A DNA stretch of 64,000 nt. Origin: Actinomycetales bacterium (GTDB taxonomy: Bacteria; Actinomycetota; Actinomycetes; Actinomycetales; CAVURS01). This document shows positions 33,057-44,145 of the stretch, piece by piece. Position numbers and translations under genes: made by a program. Every line of letters begins with the position of its first letter. Within the stretch, counting starts at the first letter, position 1. The stretch covers positions 62,001-126,000 of the forward strand of contig JBJMHS010000078.1 in assembly GCA_045807245.1 (NCBI GenBank), read 5' to 3'. The notes under the pieces are model-generated. The model was not told the origin of the DNA. It did no database searches and was given only the letters and a program-made list of their open reading frames with translations.

Positions 33057-34105
33057 CGGAAACCCGCGGCCAGCACCTGGTAGCACCGCTCCAGCCGCTC
33101 GCGCCACCAGGTCGCCCGCTCCGGCGCCGCGGCGAGGGCCGCCATCCGGTCCGGGTCGACCACACCCCGCCGTACGTCGATCGCGCCGTCGCGCGGGACG
33201 AGCGGCGCGGCCGACACGTCGGACTCGAACAGCGTGACCGTGCCGAGGCCGCACGCGTACGACAGGTCCGGCAGTGCGGCCGCCAGAGCCACACCGGCCC
33301 CGATGCCGACGGACGTGTCCAGCGCCGACGACACGACGGCCGGCAAGCCGTGCTCGGCCCGCAGCTGGTCGGCAATCACGAGCGCCGAGAGCACGCCGCC
33401 GAGGGGTGCGACCTTGACCACGACGACGTCGGCCGCGCCGGCGATGGCGACGGCGAGCGGGTCGTCAGCCTTGCGCACCGACTCGTCCGCGGCGATGGGC
33501 ACCTCGACGCCGTCCGCAGCCAGCGCGATCCTCAGCTCGGCCAGCTCGGGCACCGTCGCACACGGCTGCTCGGCGTACTCGAACACGGCGGCCCCGGCCG
33601 CATCTCGCAAGCGCCGCAACGCATCTCGCGCCTCGGCAACCGTCCAGCGACCGTTCGCGTCCACCCTGAGCCGGGCCAGGTCAGCGCCCAGGACGTCGAC
33701 GACGGCAGCGACCCGGGCGACGTCGTCCTCGACGGTCTGCCCGGCCTCGGCCACCTTGACCTTCACCGTGGTCGAACCGGGGAACCGAGCCAGGACGCCG
33801 GGCACCTGCTGGGCCGATATCGCGGGCACCGTCGCGTTCACCGGCACTGAGCGGCGTACCGGCTCCGGCCACGAGCCCCAGCCGCTCTCGACCCCGGCCG
33901 CCAGCCAGCGGGCCGACTCGGCGTCGTCGTACTCGGTGAACGGCCCGAACTCGCCCCAGCCGTGCGGCCCGTCCAGGAGCAGCACCTCCCGCTCGGTCAG
34001 CCCTCGGAACCGGAGCCGCAAGGGCAGCCGGACGACATATGCGGCGTCCATCAGCTCCTCGAGCTCCGGCAGCGGCACCGGCGGCCTCGACGGGGCGATG
34101 CTCAT
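33053..34105 (-). CDS. menC: o-succinylbenzoate synthase
   Basis: RFRGLTERE, GWGEF, VKVKV, RVDANG, EQP, AADES and SSALDTSVG; ATG at 34105. Confidence 0.93.
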   Translation of the reverse strand: MSIAPSRPPVPLPELEELMDAAYVVRLPLRLRFRGLTEREVLLLDGPHGWGEFGPFTEYDDAESARWLAAGVESGWGSWPEPVRRSVPVNATVPAISAQQVPGVLARFPGSTTVKVKVAEAGQTVEDDVARVAAVVDVLGADLARLRVDANGRWTVAEARDALRRLRDAAGAAVFEYAEQPCATVPELAELRIALAADGVEVPIAADESVRKADDPLAVAIAGAADVVVVKVAPLGGVLSALVIADQLRAEHGLPAVVSSALDTSVGIGAGVALAAALPDLSYACGLGTVTLFESDVSAAPLVPRDGAIDVRRGVVDPDRMAALAAAPERATWWRERLERCYQVLAAGFR

Positions 34106-34124
34106 GACGCCTATCCTCGCCGAC
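34106..34124. promoter_or_regulatory. Putative bidirectional leaderless promoter for menC/menB
   Basis: + strand TATCCT (34112-17) lies 7 nt before the menB GTG; - strand GAGGAT (34113-18) lies 7 nt before the menC ATG. Confidence 0.6.
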
Positions 34125-35077
<953 letters not shown>

Positions 35078-35081
<4 letters not shown>

Positions 35082-36280
35082 GCCGACGTCAGCTGGGCCG
35101 CCGCCCGACGGCCCGCGAACGTGTGGTCGGCCAGGCTCACCGCCTGGTACGCCCCCATCAGCAGCACGACCGCCGACAGCGGGAGCCACCAGGCCAGAGC
35201 GGCGACGACAAGCACCCCGAGTGCCTTGACCCAGCCGCGCAGCCGCAACGTGAAGCCCTGGGCGATCCGCGAGTGCAGCTCGGTCAGCACGAGGGAGAAG
35301 ACGCTGACCGGTACGGCGACCGCGTACGCCGCGCCGACCTCGCTCAGGTGCGTGTCGTGACCGATGACCTCGGCCGCCACCGAGAGCCCCGCACCGAGCG
35401 CCGCGACGGCGGCGAAGATCGGCAGGTGCCCATAGCCCCAGAGCCAGCTCGTGGTCTCGTCCAGCGCCATCTGCGCGTTCCCCGGCGGGTCGAAGTACGC
35501 CCACCAGATGCTGAACAGCAGCAACAGCCCGCCGACCCCGGCGCCCACCGTGGCCCACGACACCGCCAGCTCCTTGGCCGCGAGCATCGTCGCGAGCACC
35601 GACTCGCCGAGCACGATGAGGGTGAACTCGCCGTACCGCTCCGCGATGTGCTCGGGGTGCCATGGCGTCATCGGGCCCGCGCGCTCGGCGAGCATCGGCA
35701 CGACCAGCTCGGCGACCACCAGCGCGACGAACGCGACCTCGGCCGCGTGGGCGGGCAGGGCCAGCCGGGCCACCCAGCCCACCTGCACGACGAGCAGCCC
35801 CCCGGCGTACCGGAGCGCGATCTGCCGCCGGGGCGGGTCGCCGCCCGCGGCCCGCAGCCACTGCACGACCATCGGGACCCGCATGATCACGTAGCCGACC
35901 GTGACCCGGGTGAAGTCCTTCTGCTCGAAGGCCGCGTCGATCCCGGTGGCGAGGACCAGCACGCCGCCCATCTGCACGAGCGTCAGCAGCCGGTAGAGCA
36001 CGTCGTCCTGGTCGTACGCCGAGCCGAACCAGCTGAAGTTCATCCAGGCCCACCAGATGGCGAAGAACACCATCGCGTAGCCGACCAGGCCGTGCGCGAC
36101 GTTCTGCTCGCCGACAGCGTGGTGCAGCCGGGCTGCCGCCTGGCCCACGGCGACGACGAAACAGAGGTCGAACAGCAGCTCCAGCGGTGTGGACGCGCGG
36201 TGCTCCTCGCCGGGGTCCCGGGGCGCAAGCGGCCAGCGCAGACCGGTCGGCCGAAGGTTGTGTGCAGAGACCCGGACCAT
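35078..36280 (-). CDS. ltrA: Low temperature requirement protein A family membrane protein
   Basis: STPLELLFDLCFVVAV, WWAWMNFSWF and HIAERYGEFTLIVLGE; start ATG at 36280. Confidence 0.88.
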
Positions 36281-36299
36281 GCGCCTTACCCTGGCACGC
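36281..36299. promoter_or_regulatory. Putative bidirectional leaderless promoter for ltrA/menE
   Basis: + strand TACCCT (36287-92) lies 7 nt before the menE GTG; - strand CAGGGT (36288-93) lies 7 nt before the ltrA ATG. Confidence 0.55.
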
Positions 36300-37499
36300 G
36301 TGACGGCGCGCGAGGTAAGGCCGCTTCCCGTGCCGGGCGGCGACGCCACGCTCGGTCTCCTGCCGATCCTGCGCCGCGCCCTGGACGGTGAGGGGCCGGT
36401 CCTGCTGCCCTTCTCCGCGGACGCGTCCGGGCCGGACGACCGGCTGACCCGGCCGTTGGTTGTCGGCGAAGACGACGCCGACGACCCCACAGTGCTGGTG
36501 ATGTCGACGTCCGGCTCGACCGGTTCGCCGAAGGGCGCGCTGCTGTCGCGCAGTGCCGTGCTCGCCTCGGCCGGCGCCACCAACACTCGCCTCGGCGGCC
36601 CGGGCACCTGGTTGCTCGCGCTGCCCGCGCACCACATCGCGGGGACCCAGGTCCTCGTCCGTTCCCTGCTCGCGCAGACGACTCCGGTGATGCTCGACCT
36701 CCGAGATGGCTTCTCTCCCAATGGTTTCGCCGCTGCCACCGAGGAGCTCAACCTGCGCTCGGACAGCGGGCCGCGGTACACGGCGCTGGTGCCGACGCAG
36801 CTGTACCGCGTGCTTGAAGCGGGCCGCGACGCACTCGACGCACTGACGACATACGACGCCGTCCTCGTGGGTGGGGCCGCGATGTCGACGACGTCGATCG
36901 AGCGGGCGGAGGATGCCGGCGTTGCCGTCGTCACGACGTACGGCATGAGCGAGACCTGTGGCGGATGCGTGTACGACGGCCGCCCGCTCGGCGGGGTCTG
37001 GTGGCGGACCGAGGACGACGGCCGGGTCGAGATCACCGGGGAGGTCCTGGCCCGTGGGTACCACGGCCGGCCCGACGACCCCGCCTTCCGGACCGATCCC
37101 GACGGGACGCGCTGGTTCCGCACCGACGACATCGGCGAGGCCGGAGACGACGGCGCCCTGCGCATCCTCGGCCGGTACGACGACGTCATCGTCACGGGCG
37201 GCCTCAAGGTGGCCCCGTCCGTCGTCGAGGCCGCGATCGACGGCCACGCGGAGGTCGCCGAGGTCGCCGTCGTCGGGGTGCCGGACGAGGACTGGGGGCA
37301 GCGAGTGGTCGCCGTCGTGGTGCCCCGCGACGGCGCGGTCGAGCTGGCCGGACTGCAGCGTCGCGTCGCGGACGTGGTCGCGTCGTACGCAGCGCCCCGG
37401 CAGCTGGTCGTCGTCGACAAGATCCCCCTGCTCGGCCCGGGCAAGCCGGACCGGGCTGCCTTGCGCTCGCTGGCCGTCGCTGCGAACGACGGACGCTAG
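36300..37499 (+). CDS. menE: o-succinylbenzoate-CoA ligase
   Basis: STSGSTGSPKG, TYGMSET, WFRTDDIG, GRYDDVIVTGG and GKPDR; start GTG at 36300. Confidence 0.92.
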   Translation: MTAREVRPLPVPGGDATLGLLPILRRALDGEGPVLLPFSADASGPDDRLTRPLVVGEDDADDPTVLVMSTSGSTGSPKGALLSRSAVLASAGATNTRLGGPGTWLLALPAHHIAGTQVLVRSLLAQTTPVMLDLRDGFSPNGFAAATEELNLRSDSGPRYTALVPTQLYRVLEAGRDALDALTTYDAVLVGGAAMSTTSIERAEDAGVAVVTTYGMSETCGGCVYDGRPLGGVWWRTEDDGRVEITGEVLARGYHGRPDDPAFRTDPDGTRWFRTDDIGEAGDDGALRILGRYDDVIVTGGLKVAPSVVEAAIDGHAEVAEVAVVGVPDEDWGQRVVAVVVPRDGAVELAGLQRRVADVVASYAAPRQLVVVDKIPLLGPGKPDRAALRSLAVAANDGR

Positions 37500-37508
37500 C
37501 CTGGCGGG

Positions 37509-37883
37509 ATGCTTCGCGTACTCCCGGCGCTGGTCGAGATCGGGCTGCTCCTGTACTGCCTGATCGACTGCATCCAGGCGCCGGACGGAACGGTGCGCAA
37601 CCTGCCCAAGTGGGGCTGGATCATCCTGATCATCCTGGTCCCGTGGATCGGCCCGATCGCCTACCTCATCGCCGGGCGGCCCCGCCGTGACGGCACCGGC
37701 GCCGGCCGGCCGTGGGCGACGTCGCCGCGTCCAGGCCAGACCGGCTACCGCCAGGCACCGCGTGGCCCGGACGACGACCCCGACTTCCTGCGTGACCTGA
37801 ACCGCAAGCGGCCGGACGAAGACCGGGGCCCGGACGGGGAGCCCGGCGACCAGCGCAAGGAGCCGCCGGCGCCCACCTCCTGA
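37509..37883 (+). CDS. PLDc_N-domain small membrane protein (paralog 1)
   Basis: LYCLIDC..LPKWGWIILIILVPWIGPIAYL and GPDDDPDFL motif. Confidence 0.82.
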   Translation: MLRVLPALVEIGLLLYCLIDCIQAPDGTVRNLPKWGWIILIILVPWIGPIAYLIAGRPRRDGTGAGRPWATSPRPGQTGYRQAPRGPDDDPDFLRDLNRKRPDEDRGPDGEPGDQRKEPPAPTS

Positions 37884-37913
37884 CCGTCACCGCGCGTTCG
37901 GCAGGATGTGCGC

Positions 37914-38783
37914 GTGGCAACCGCCGGTCAGTGGCTCGAGGGTGCCCGGCCGCGGACGCTGCCCGCCGCCGTGGCGCCCGTCCTCGTGGGTTCGGGAGCC
38001 GCGGGCGCTGTGGACGGCTTCCGGATCGAGCGGGCCCTGCTGGCGCTCGGGGTCGCACTGGCTCTGCAGGTGGGCGTCAACTACGCGAACGACTACTCCG
38101 ACGGTGTCCGCGGCACCGACGCGGAGCGGGTCGGGCCACTGCGGCTCACCGGCTCCGGGGTCGCCCGACCGAGCCAGGTCCGGGCGGCCGCGCTTGCCGC
38201 CTTCGCCCTGTCCGGCGTCCTCGGCCTGGTGCTGGTGGCGTTGTCGGGCCAGTGGTGGTTGCTCGCCGTCGGGGCGGCCAGCGTGGCGGCGGCGTGGTTC
38301 TACACGGGTGGGTCCAACCCCTACGGCTACCTCGGTTTCGGCGAGCTGTTCGTCTTCGTCTTCTTCGGCCTGGTGGCGGTCCTCGGCACGACGTACACCC
38401 AGGCCGGGCGGTTCTCCTGGACGTCGCTCGCCGGCGCCTGCGCAGTCGGGGCGCTCGCGTGCGCGATCCTGGTGGCCAACAACCTCCGCGACATCCCGAC
38501 CGACGAGCAGACCGGCAAGCGAACGCTCGCCGTCCGGCTCGGCGACGCGCGAACCCGTCTGCTGTATCTCGGGCTGGTCGCGCTGGCCTTCGTCGTCGCA
38601 GCAGCTTGCGCGGTCGCGCACCCGTGGGCGTTGCTCGCACTGCTCGCGGTCGTTCTCGCCATCCGACCGGTGCGCCTGGTCCGGTCCGGTGCCGGCGGGC
38701 GCGAGCTGATCGCGGTGCTTCGCGGCACCGGCCAGCTCGAGCTCGCGTACGCAGCCCTGCTGGCCCTCGGCATCGCGCTCTAG
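37914..38783 (+). CDS. menA: 1,4-dihydroxy-2-naphthoate polyprenyltransferase
   Basis: [24 protein letters not shown] and [23 protein letters not shown]; start likely GTG at 37914. Confidence 0.95.
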   Translation: MATAGQWLEGARPRTLPAAVAPVLVGSGAAGAVDGFRIERALLALGVALALQVGVNYANDYSDGVRGTDAERVGPLRLTGSGVARPSQVRAAALAAFALSGVLGLVLVALSGQWWLLAVGAASVAAAWFYTGGSNPYGYLGFGELFVFVFFGLVAVLGTTYTQAGRFSWTSLAGACAVGALACAILVANNLRDIPTDEQTGKRTLAVRLGDARTRLLYLGLVALAFVVAAACAVAHPWALLALLAVVLAIRPVRLVRSGAGGRELIAVLRGTGQLELAYAALLALGIAL

Positions 38784-39112
38784 CTCAACCCGCCCGCCGC
38801 ACCATGGCGTCGGCGCCGCTCGTCCTCCGCCTGCTCGACCTCCGCCCGCTCGACCTCAGCGTCCTCGACCGCCTCGTCGGACCCCTCGACCGCCCGGGCC
38901 GGAAGGCGGCTGTCGACTCGCTGGGCCATCCGCGCCGCCAGCTCCTCGCGCGGCCCGCGCAGGACGACCAGTGACAGCGCCAAGGACGCCACGGCAGCCA
39001 GGATCACCACGGCCCCGGTCGGGATCCCGGTCAGGTCCTTGACCAGGAAGAACGCGAGCAGGCAGCCGAGGAACAGCAGCAGCCGCAGGACCGTGTACCG
39101 CAGGACGCTCAC
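38780..39112 (-). CDS. DUF4229 family small membrane protein
   Basis: LRYTVLRL, two TM helices, [11 protein letters not shown] and an acidic tail; GTG at 39112 with a TAGCCT -10. Confidence 0.75.
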   Translation of the reverse strand: MSVLRYTVLRLLLFLGCLLAFFLVKDLTGIPTGAVVILAAVASLALSLVVLRGPREELAARMAQRVDSRLPARAVEGSDEAVEDAEVERAEVEQAEDERRRRHGAAGGLS

Positions 39113-39198
39113 GGCCCCAAGGCTAGGGCAGCCGACGGTGAGCCTGGCGCCCACCGTTCGCAGCGCGGGACACCGGGTTCGTGCCTAGACTCGAAAAG

Positions 39199-39519
39199 AT
39201 GAAGGTGCTGTTCGGGTTCCTGGGCGTCGGGCTGCTGATCTACTCGGTCATCGACTGCAGCCGCACGCCCGAGACGGAAGTGCCGTCGTCACTGCCGCGG
39301 ACCGGCTGGCTCGTGATGATCATCCTGGTGCCGTTCCTCGGCCCACTGTTCTGGCTGCTGACCTCGCGCACGGAGGGCACCGCCGCTTCCACCGGGTCGA
39401 ACGAGCCGGCCGCCCATCCGGGCCCCCCGCCGCGCGGTGGCCCGCAGCGCAGTGGCCCGCAGCGCAGTGGGCCCCCGCGCGGGCCCGACGACGACCCGGA
39501 CTTCCTGCGCGGCCTCTGA
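39199..39519 (+). CDS. PLDc_N-domain small membrane protein (paralog 2)
   Basis: LIYSVIDC..LPRTGWLVMIILVPFLGPLFWL and GPDDDPDFLRGL; ATG at 39199 after a TAGACT -10. Confidence 0.82.
   Translation: MKVLFGFLGVGLLIYSVIDCSRTPETEVPSSLPRTGWLVMIILVPFLGPLFWLLTSRTEGTAASTGSNEPAAHPGPPPRGGPQRSGPQRSGPPRGPDDDPDFLRGL
39437..39470 (+). repeat. 15-bp tandem repeat (2 perfect copies plus a partial one) encoding GPQRS
   Basis: GTGGCCCGCAGCGCA twice, then GTGG. Confidence 0.75.
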
Positions 39520-39569
39520 CCGGGCCACGTCCTGGAGCGTCGCGGCGCAAGCCGGCCGGCTGGACTCGG

Positions 39570-40577
39570 TCAGCTGACGCCGGCGTACGAGTGCAGGCCG
39601 ACGATCCAGATGTTCACGACCAGGAAGTTGAACAGCAGCGCCGCGAAACCGACGCACGCGATGTACGCCGCGTTGCGCGGCCCCCAACCTCTCGTCGCGC
39701 GCGCGTGCAGGTAGCCTGCGTAGATCACCCAGATGACGAACGACCACACCTCTTTGGGGTCCCAGCTCCAGTAGTGACCCCACGCGCTCTCGGCCCAGAT
39801 CGCGCCGGCCACGATCGTGAACGTCCAGAGCGGGAACGCGATCGCGTGCAGTCGGTACGCCGCCCGGTCCAGGTCCCGTGCCGGGGGCAGCGCGTCCATG
39901 AAGTTGCCGCCGACCGTCTCTCCGGCCGCCCGCCTGCGCTCGCGCCACGCCTGCACCAGGTACAGCACCGTCGCCGAGAAGCCGAGCACGAGCAGCGCCG
40001 AGGAGATGAACGCGATGCTCACGTGGATCGCGAGCCAGTAGCTCTTCAGGGCAGGCACCAGCTGCCCCGCCTGCGTGTAGAGGACGGACACGGCCAGGCC
40101 CAACGTGAGCAGGACCGGTCCCGTGATGAACAGGCCGAGGAAGCGCAGGTCGCTGCGCAGGCAGGCCACGAGGAACACGGCCGTGACAACGGCAGCGCCG
40201 GCCGTCGCGAACTCGAACATATTGCCCCACGGCGGCCGCATCACGGCCAGCCCGCGCAGCAGAACCGCCGAGCCATGCAGGAGCAGTGCCAGCCAGGTGA
40301 GGGACATCGCGATGCCTGCGGCCTGACGACGTACGTCGGGTGGTCCGGTCACCGATGCCGTCCCAGACCGCGCCGCCTCCACCTCGCCGTCGACCGCGGC
40401 GTCAGCCGGCGCCCCGACGAGCACTGCCTGCCGCACGCCCGCGGCCGCGGCCGCTGTCGCCTTGCGCCCGGTCACAGCGAGGTCCGCGGCGAACGCGGCG
40501 AAGGCGGCGGCGTACACGGCCATCGACGAGTACAGCAACAGGTTGGAGTAACCCGCGAGGGTCTCGTTCGTGCTCAC
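39570..40577 (-). CDS. ccsB: Cytochrome c biogenesis protein CcsB/ResC (system II, WWD domain)
   Basis: PWGNMFEF, SYWLAIHV and GAIWAESAWGHYWSWDPKEVW. Confidence 0.95.
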   Translation of the reverse strand: MSTNETLAGYSNLLLYSSMAVYAAAFAAFAADLAVTGRKATAAAAAGVRQAVLVGAPADAAVDGEVEAARSGTASVTGPPDVRRQAAGIAMSLTWLALLLHGSAVLLRGLAVMRPPWGNMFEFATAGAAVVTAVFLVACLRSDLRFLGLFITGPVLLTLGLAVSVLYTQAGQLVPALKSYWLAIHVSIAFISSALLVLGFSATVLYLVQAWRERRRAAGETVGGNFMDALPPARDLDRAAYRLHAIAFPLWTFTIVAGAIWAESAWGHYWSWDPKEVWSFVIWVIYAGYLHARATRGWGPRNAAYIACVGFAALLFNFLVVNIWIVGLHSYAGVS

Positions 40578-42169
40578 GCCTGTCCCTTCACACGGTCCGG
40601 CTCGACGGCCTCGACCGCACCCAACAGATCCTCGACCGCCACCCGTACGGCGTCGACCTCGCCGGCCAGACCGGAGTCCTCACCGCGAGCCAGGCCCGCG
40701 ACGCGCACCACCGTACGCCCAGCCCCGGGGTCGAGCCGGACGAAGACCCGGCGCCGCCGCACCGACAACGAGAGCACCAGCCCGGCGATGGCCAGCAGGG
40801 CGAACCCGAGGGCCCCCGCCTTCCCTGGGTCGTGGCGCACGCTCAGCCCGGCGTACCGCTCGATCCCGTCGAAGGTCACCGTCCCCTTGCCCCCCTTGAG
40901 CGTCGCGGTCTGCCCGGGCGAGAGCAGGATGACCGGACCGCCGGACTCGGTGACGAGCGGCGTCATCTTGCCGGTGTCGAGCAGGTACACGGACGGCGTG
41001 CGGTCCAGCTGGAGGTCACCCTCGTACGCGGACAGCACCAGCCGGGGGTTGCCCAGGTCCGGGAACAGCGAGATCGCGTTGCCGTCCTTGTCCAGGCTGG
41101 CCGTGGGCAGGAAGAACCCGCTCAGCCCCAGGGGCTCCGGCCGGGCCGCCGTCGCCTTGATGACGCCGACGGAGCGGTAGTTGCCGTCCTGCGGCAGGAA
41201 CGGTGTCGCCTGCGAGTACACCACGCGCCCGGTCGAGTCGCGCACCGTGATGCGCGGCGCATACCCGTTGCCCAGCAGGAACACCTTGGCGCCGTTGATG
41301 TCCAGTGGATGGTTAACGGACAACAACTTTCGCTCGGTTGGACCGTCCCCGGCCTGGACGTCGAGGTTCGCCTTGAACTCGCTCGGCGCCCCGATCTCGT
41401 TCCCGCTCGTCTGGAACTTCACGTCCATGCTGTCGACGTGCAGCGTGAACGGCGGCAGGCCCTCAGCGTCGACCCACGGCCCCAGGTCCAGCGTGTTGTA
41501 GGCACCGACCGCGTCGACGGTCGAGTTGCCCACCGGGACGATGACGTCGCCGCGCCAGCCCCAGAGGTGCCCGGCCGCGACGGCGAGCAGCAGACCGACC
41601 AAGGACAGGTGAAAACACAGGTTGCCGACCTCACGCAGGCGGCCGCGCTCCGCGGCGACGGCCCTGCCCTCCTCCTGGACGGCGACTCGGAAATGCTTGC
41701 GGCGCAGCAGGTTAGCGACCGTTTCGGCCTGACTGAGCAGGTCTCGGTCATCCGCCGGCGCGCGCACCTCGAAGCGCGAGCTGACCGGCAGCCGCTCGGG
41801 GCGGGCCGGCGTCCTCGGCGGCGGCTCGCGCAGGGCGGCCAGCATCTGCCAGGTCCGTGGCACGAGACAGCCGACCAGCGAGACGAACAGCAACAGGTAG
41901 ATGGCGGAGAACCAGACCGAGCTGTAGACGTCGAACGCGCCGATCCGATCGAGCAACGGCCCGAGCGCGCGATGGTCCTGCCGGTACGCCGCGACCTTGG
42001 CGGCGTCGATCCCGTGCTGGGGCAGGACCGAGCCCGGTACGGCGGCCATGGCCAGCAGGAGCAGCAGGAACAGCGCGGTGCGCATGCTCGTGAGCTGGCG
42101 CCAGATGAACCGGACCGTTCCCAGGGGGCCCAGCCGCGGCAGGGTCACCGTGTCGTCGCGGGCGGTCAT
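40574..42169 (-). CDS. resB: Cytochrome c biogenesis protein ResB
   Basis: WRQLTSMRTALFLLLLLA..GSVLPQ, FDVYSSVWF, FHLSL and VNHPL. Confidence 0.93.
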   Translation of the reverse strand: MTARDDTVTLPRLGPLGTVRFIWRQLTSMRTALFLLLLLAMAAVPGSVLPQHGIDAAKVAAYRQDHRALGPLLDRIGAFDVYSSVWFSAIYLLLFVSLVGCLVPRTWQMLAALREPPPRTPARPERLPVSSRFEVRAPADDRDLLSQAETVANLLRRKHFRVAVQEEGRAVAAERGRLREVGNLCFHLSLVGLLLAVAAGHLWGWRGDVIVPVGNSTVDAVGAYNTLDLGPWVDAEGLPPFTLHVDSMDVKFQTSGNEIGAPSEFKANLDVQAGDGPTERKLLSVNHPLDINGAKVFLLGNGYAPRITVRDSTGRVVYSQATPFLPQDGNYRSVGVIKATAARPEPLGLSGFFLPTASLDKDGNAISLFPDLGNPRLVLSAYEGDLQLDRTPSVYLLDTGKMTPLVTESGGPVILLSPGQTATLKGGKGTVTFDGIERYAGLSVRHDPGKAGALGFALLAIAGLVLSLSVRRRRVFVRLDPGAGRTVVRVAGLARGEDSGLAGEVDAVRVAVEDLLGAVEAVEPDRVKGQA

Positions 42170-42173
42170 CGGG

Positions 42174-42926
42174 TCAGACCGCCGGCGTGAAGGGCAGGTG
42201 TCGCTGCACCGAGTGCACGAGATCGGTCCAGGCGCCGGTCACCAGCAGGATCCCGACCCCGACGAGCAGTGCGCCACCGACCAGCTGGACCAGTCGCTGG
42301 TGTCGGCGGACCGCGGACCAGGCGCGGGCCAGGCGCCCGAAGGCCAGGGCCGTCGCCAGGAACGGCAGGCCCAGCCCCAGGCAGTACGCCGTGGCGAGCG
42401 CGGCGCCCCGCGAGGCGCTGCCCTCGTTCGACGCCAGAGCCAGCACAGCACTCAGCGTGGGCCCGATGCAGGGGATCCAGCCGAGCCCGAAGACGGCTCC
42501 CAGCAAGGGCGCCCCGAGCAGGCCGGCGGCCGGCCGCCAGCGCGGCCGCCACTGGCGCTCGCTGCCCGGGAACCAGCCGACGAACACCAGGCCCAGCACG
42601 ATGGTGAGAGCACCGAGGACGCGCGTCAGGGCGAGCTGGTGCTCGACCAGGTGACTGCCCACGGCGCCGAAGGCCGCTGCCAGCAGGACGAACACGACAG
42701 TGAAGCCGAGGACGAAAAGCGTTGCGCCCAAGAACATCCGACCGCGCCGCTGGCGCTCCAGGTCGACCCCGGTCAGACCTGTGACGTAGCCCAGGTAGCC
42801 CGGGACGAGCGGCAGCACGCAGGGGGACGCGAACGACACCAGCCCGGCCAAGGCGCTGACCAGCAGGGCCAGCGGGAGCGAGCCCGACTCGGCGATGCCC
42901 TGGAACGAGTCGGCCGGCCGGCTCAC
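42174..42926 (-). CDS. ccdA: Cytochrome c biogenesis thiol-disulfide transporter CcdA
   Basis: SFASPCVLPLVPGYL and GWIPCIGPTL; GTG at 42926 overlaps the upstream stop. Confidence 0.93.
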   Translation of the reverse strand: MSRPADSFQGIAESGSLPLALLVSALAGLVSFASPCVLPLVPGYLGYVTGLTGVDLERQRRGRMFLGATLFVLGFTVVFVLLAAAFGAVGSHLVEHQLALTRVLGALTIVLGLVFVGWFPGSERQWRPRWRPAAGLLGAPLLGAVFGLGWIPCIGPTLSAVLALASNEGSASRGAALATAYCLGLGLPFLATALAFGRLARAWSAVRRHQRLVQLVGGALLVGVGILLVTGAWTDLVHSVQRHLPFTPAV

Positions 42927-43495
42927 CCGGCCGGCTCCTTCTGCACGTCCTCGACCAGTCCGACCAGGGTCGCCGTGCGGACCGGCGCGAGCACCCGGGC
43001 GGCCAGCCGGCCCTGCTGGTCGAGCACGATCGTGACGGGCGGGGCGGGCGCCTTGCCCTTGAGCTGCAGCAGGAACGACCCCCCGTCCCACTGCAGGGAG
43101 GGATAGGTCAGGCCGTTCGCATCGGCGTACGCCTTGCCCGTCTCGGCACTCTCCTGCGCGTCCAGCCCGAGGAACTCGACGTTCTTGCCTTTGAGCTGCT
43201 CCCAGGCCGCCTTGAGGTCAGGTGTCTCCTTCACGCACGGCGGGCACCAGGACCCCCAGTAGTTCAGGACGACGACCTGGCCGCGCCAGGACGCGGTGCT
43301 GAGGGTCTGCCCGTCCAGCGTCTTGCCGCTCACCGTGTACGCCGCGCCGCGGTCGGCCGCCGCGATCTGCTCGATCGTGTTGCCCGAGCTGCCGTCGTTG
43401 GAGTTCGCCGCCGTGTCGATCGAGCTGCCGCAGCCGGCCAGGGCCAGCCCGGCCGTGACCACGACCACGACGAGCCAGGTGCGGAGCCTCGTCAC
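42923..43495 (-). CDS. TlpA/ResA-like thioredoxin lipoprotein
   Basis: Lipobox LALAGC and NYWGSWCPPC; GTG at 43495 overlaps the upstream stop. Confidence 0.9.
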   Translation of the reverse strand: MTRLRTWLVVVVVTAGLALAGCGSSIDTAANSNDGSSGNTIEQIAAADRGAAYTVSGKTLDGQTLSTASWRGQVVVLNYWGSWCPPCVKETPDLKAAWEQLKGKNVEFLGLDAQESAETGKAYADANGLTYPSLQWDGGSFLLQLKGKAPAPPVTIVLDQQGRLAARVLAPVRTATLVGLVEDVQKEPAG

Positions 43496-44145
43496 GCGCC
43501 GGCCACGCGGTTGGCGCCGGGCAACAGGGCGGCTGCAGGTTCGGCATAGCTCAGCGAGACGAACCGGTCGCCGTCGTAGGTCAGGGAGGTCACCGAGCAC
43601 AGGGAGCACTGCCGGCGTCGCGGGTCGTGCCACAGCCGCCGTTGCTCCAGGTGCAGCCGGGTGACCCAGATGGGGAGCTGGTGCGAGACGACGACGGCCT
43701 CCTGGCCCGGGCCGGCCGCGCGGGCCTCGGCCAGCGCCCCGGTGACCGCCCGCAGCATCCGCGCTACGAGATGGACGTACGGCTCGCCCCAGCTCGGGCG
43801 CAGGGGGTTGACCAGGCGCGGCCAGTGCCGCACGTGCCGCAGCGACCCGTCCCCGACGCCGAACGTCATGCCCTGGAAGTAGTTCTCCGCTTCGAGCAGG
43901 TCCTCGTCGAGAGCCACGGGCAGCCCGTGCGGTTCGGCGATCGGCGCGGCGGTCTCCTCGGCGCGCTCGAGCGGCGAGGAGATGACGACGCCGATCGGAC
44001 GGCGCGACAAGTGCTCGGCGACCAGGTCGGCCATGGCCCGACCCCGCTCGGAGAGGTGGTAGTCGGGGAGGCGGCCGTAGAGCAGGCCTTCGGGGTTCTC
44101 GACCTCTCCGTGCCGGACCAGGTGCACCGTCGTCCGCACGCTCAT
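43492..44145 (-). CDS. Histidine phosphatase family protein
   Basis: HLVRHGE, SSPLERA and VSHQLPI; ATGA overlap with the hemL stop. Confidence 0.9.
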   Translation of the reverse strand: MSVRTTVHLVRHGEVENPEGLLYGRLPDYHLSERGRAMADLVAEHLSRRPIGVVISSPLERAEETAAPIAEPHGLPVALDEDLLEAENYFQGMTFGVGDGSLRHVRHWPRLVNPLRPSWGEPYVHLVARMLRAVTGALAEARAAGPGQEAVVVSHQLPIWVTRLHLEQRRLWHDPRRRQCSLCSVTSLTYDGDRFVSLSYAEPAAALLPGANRVAGA

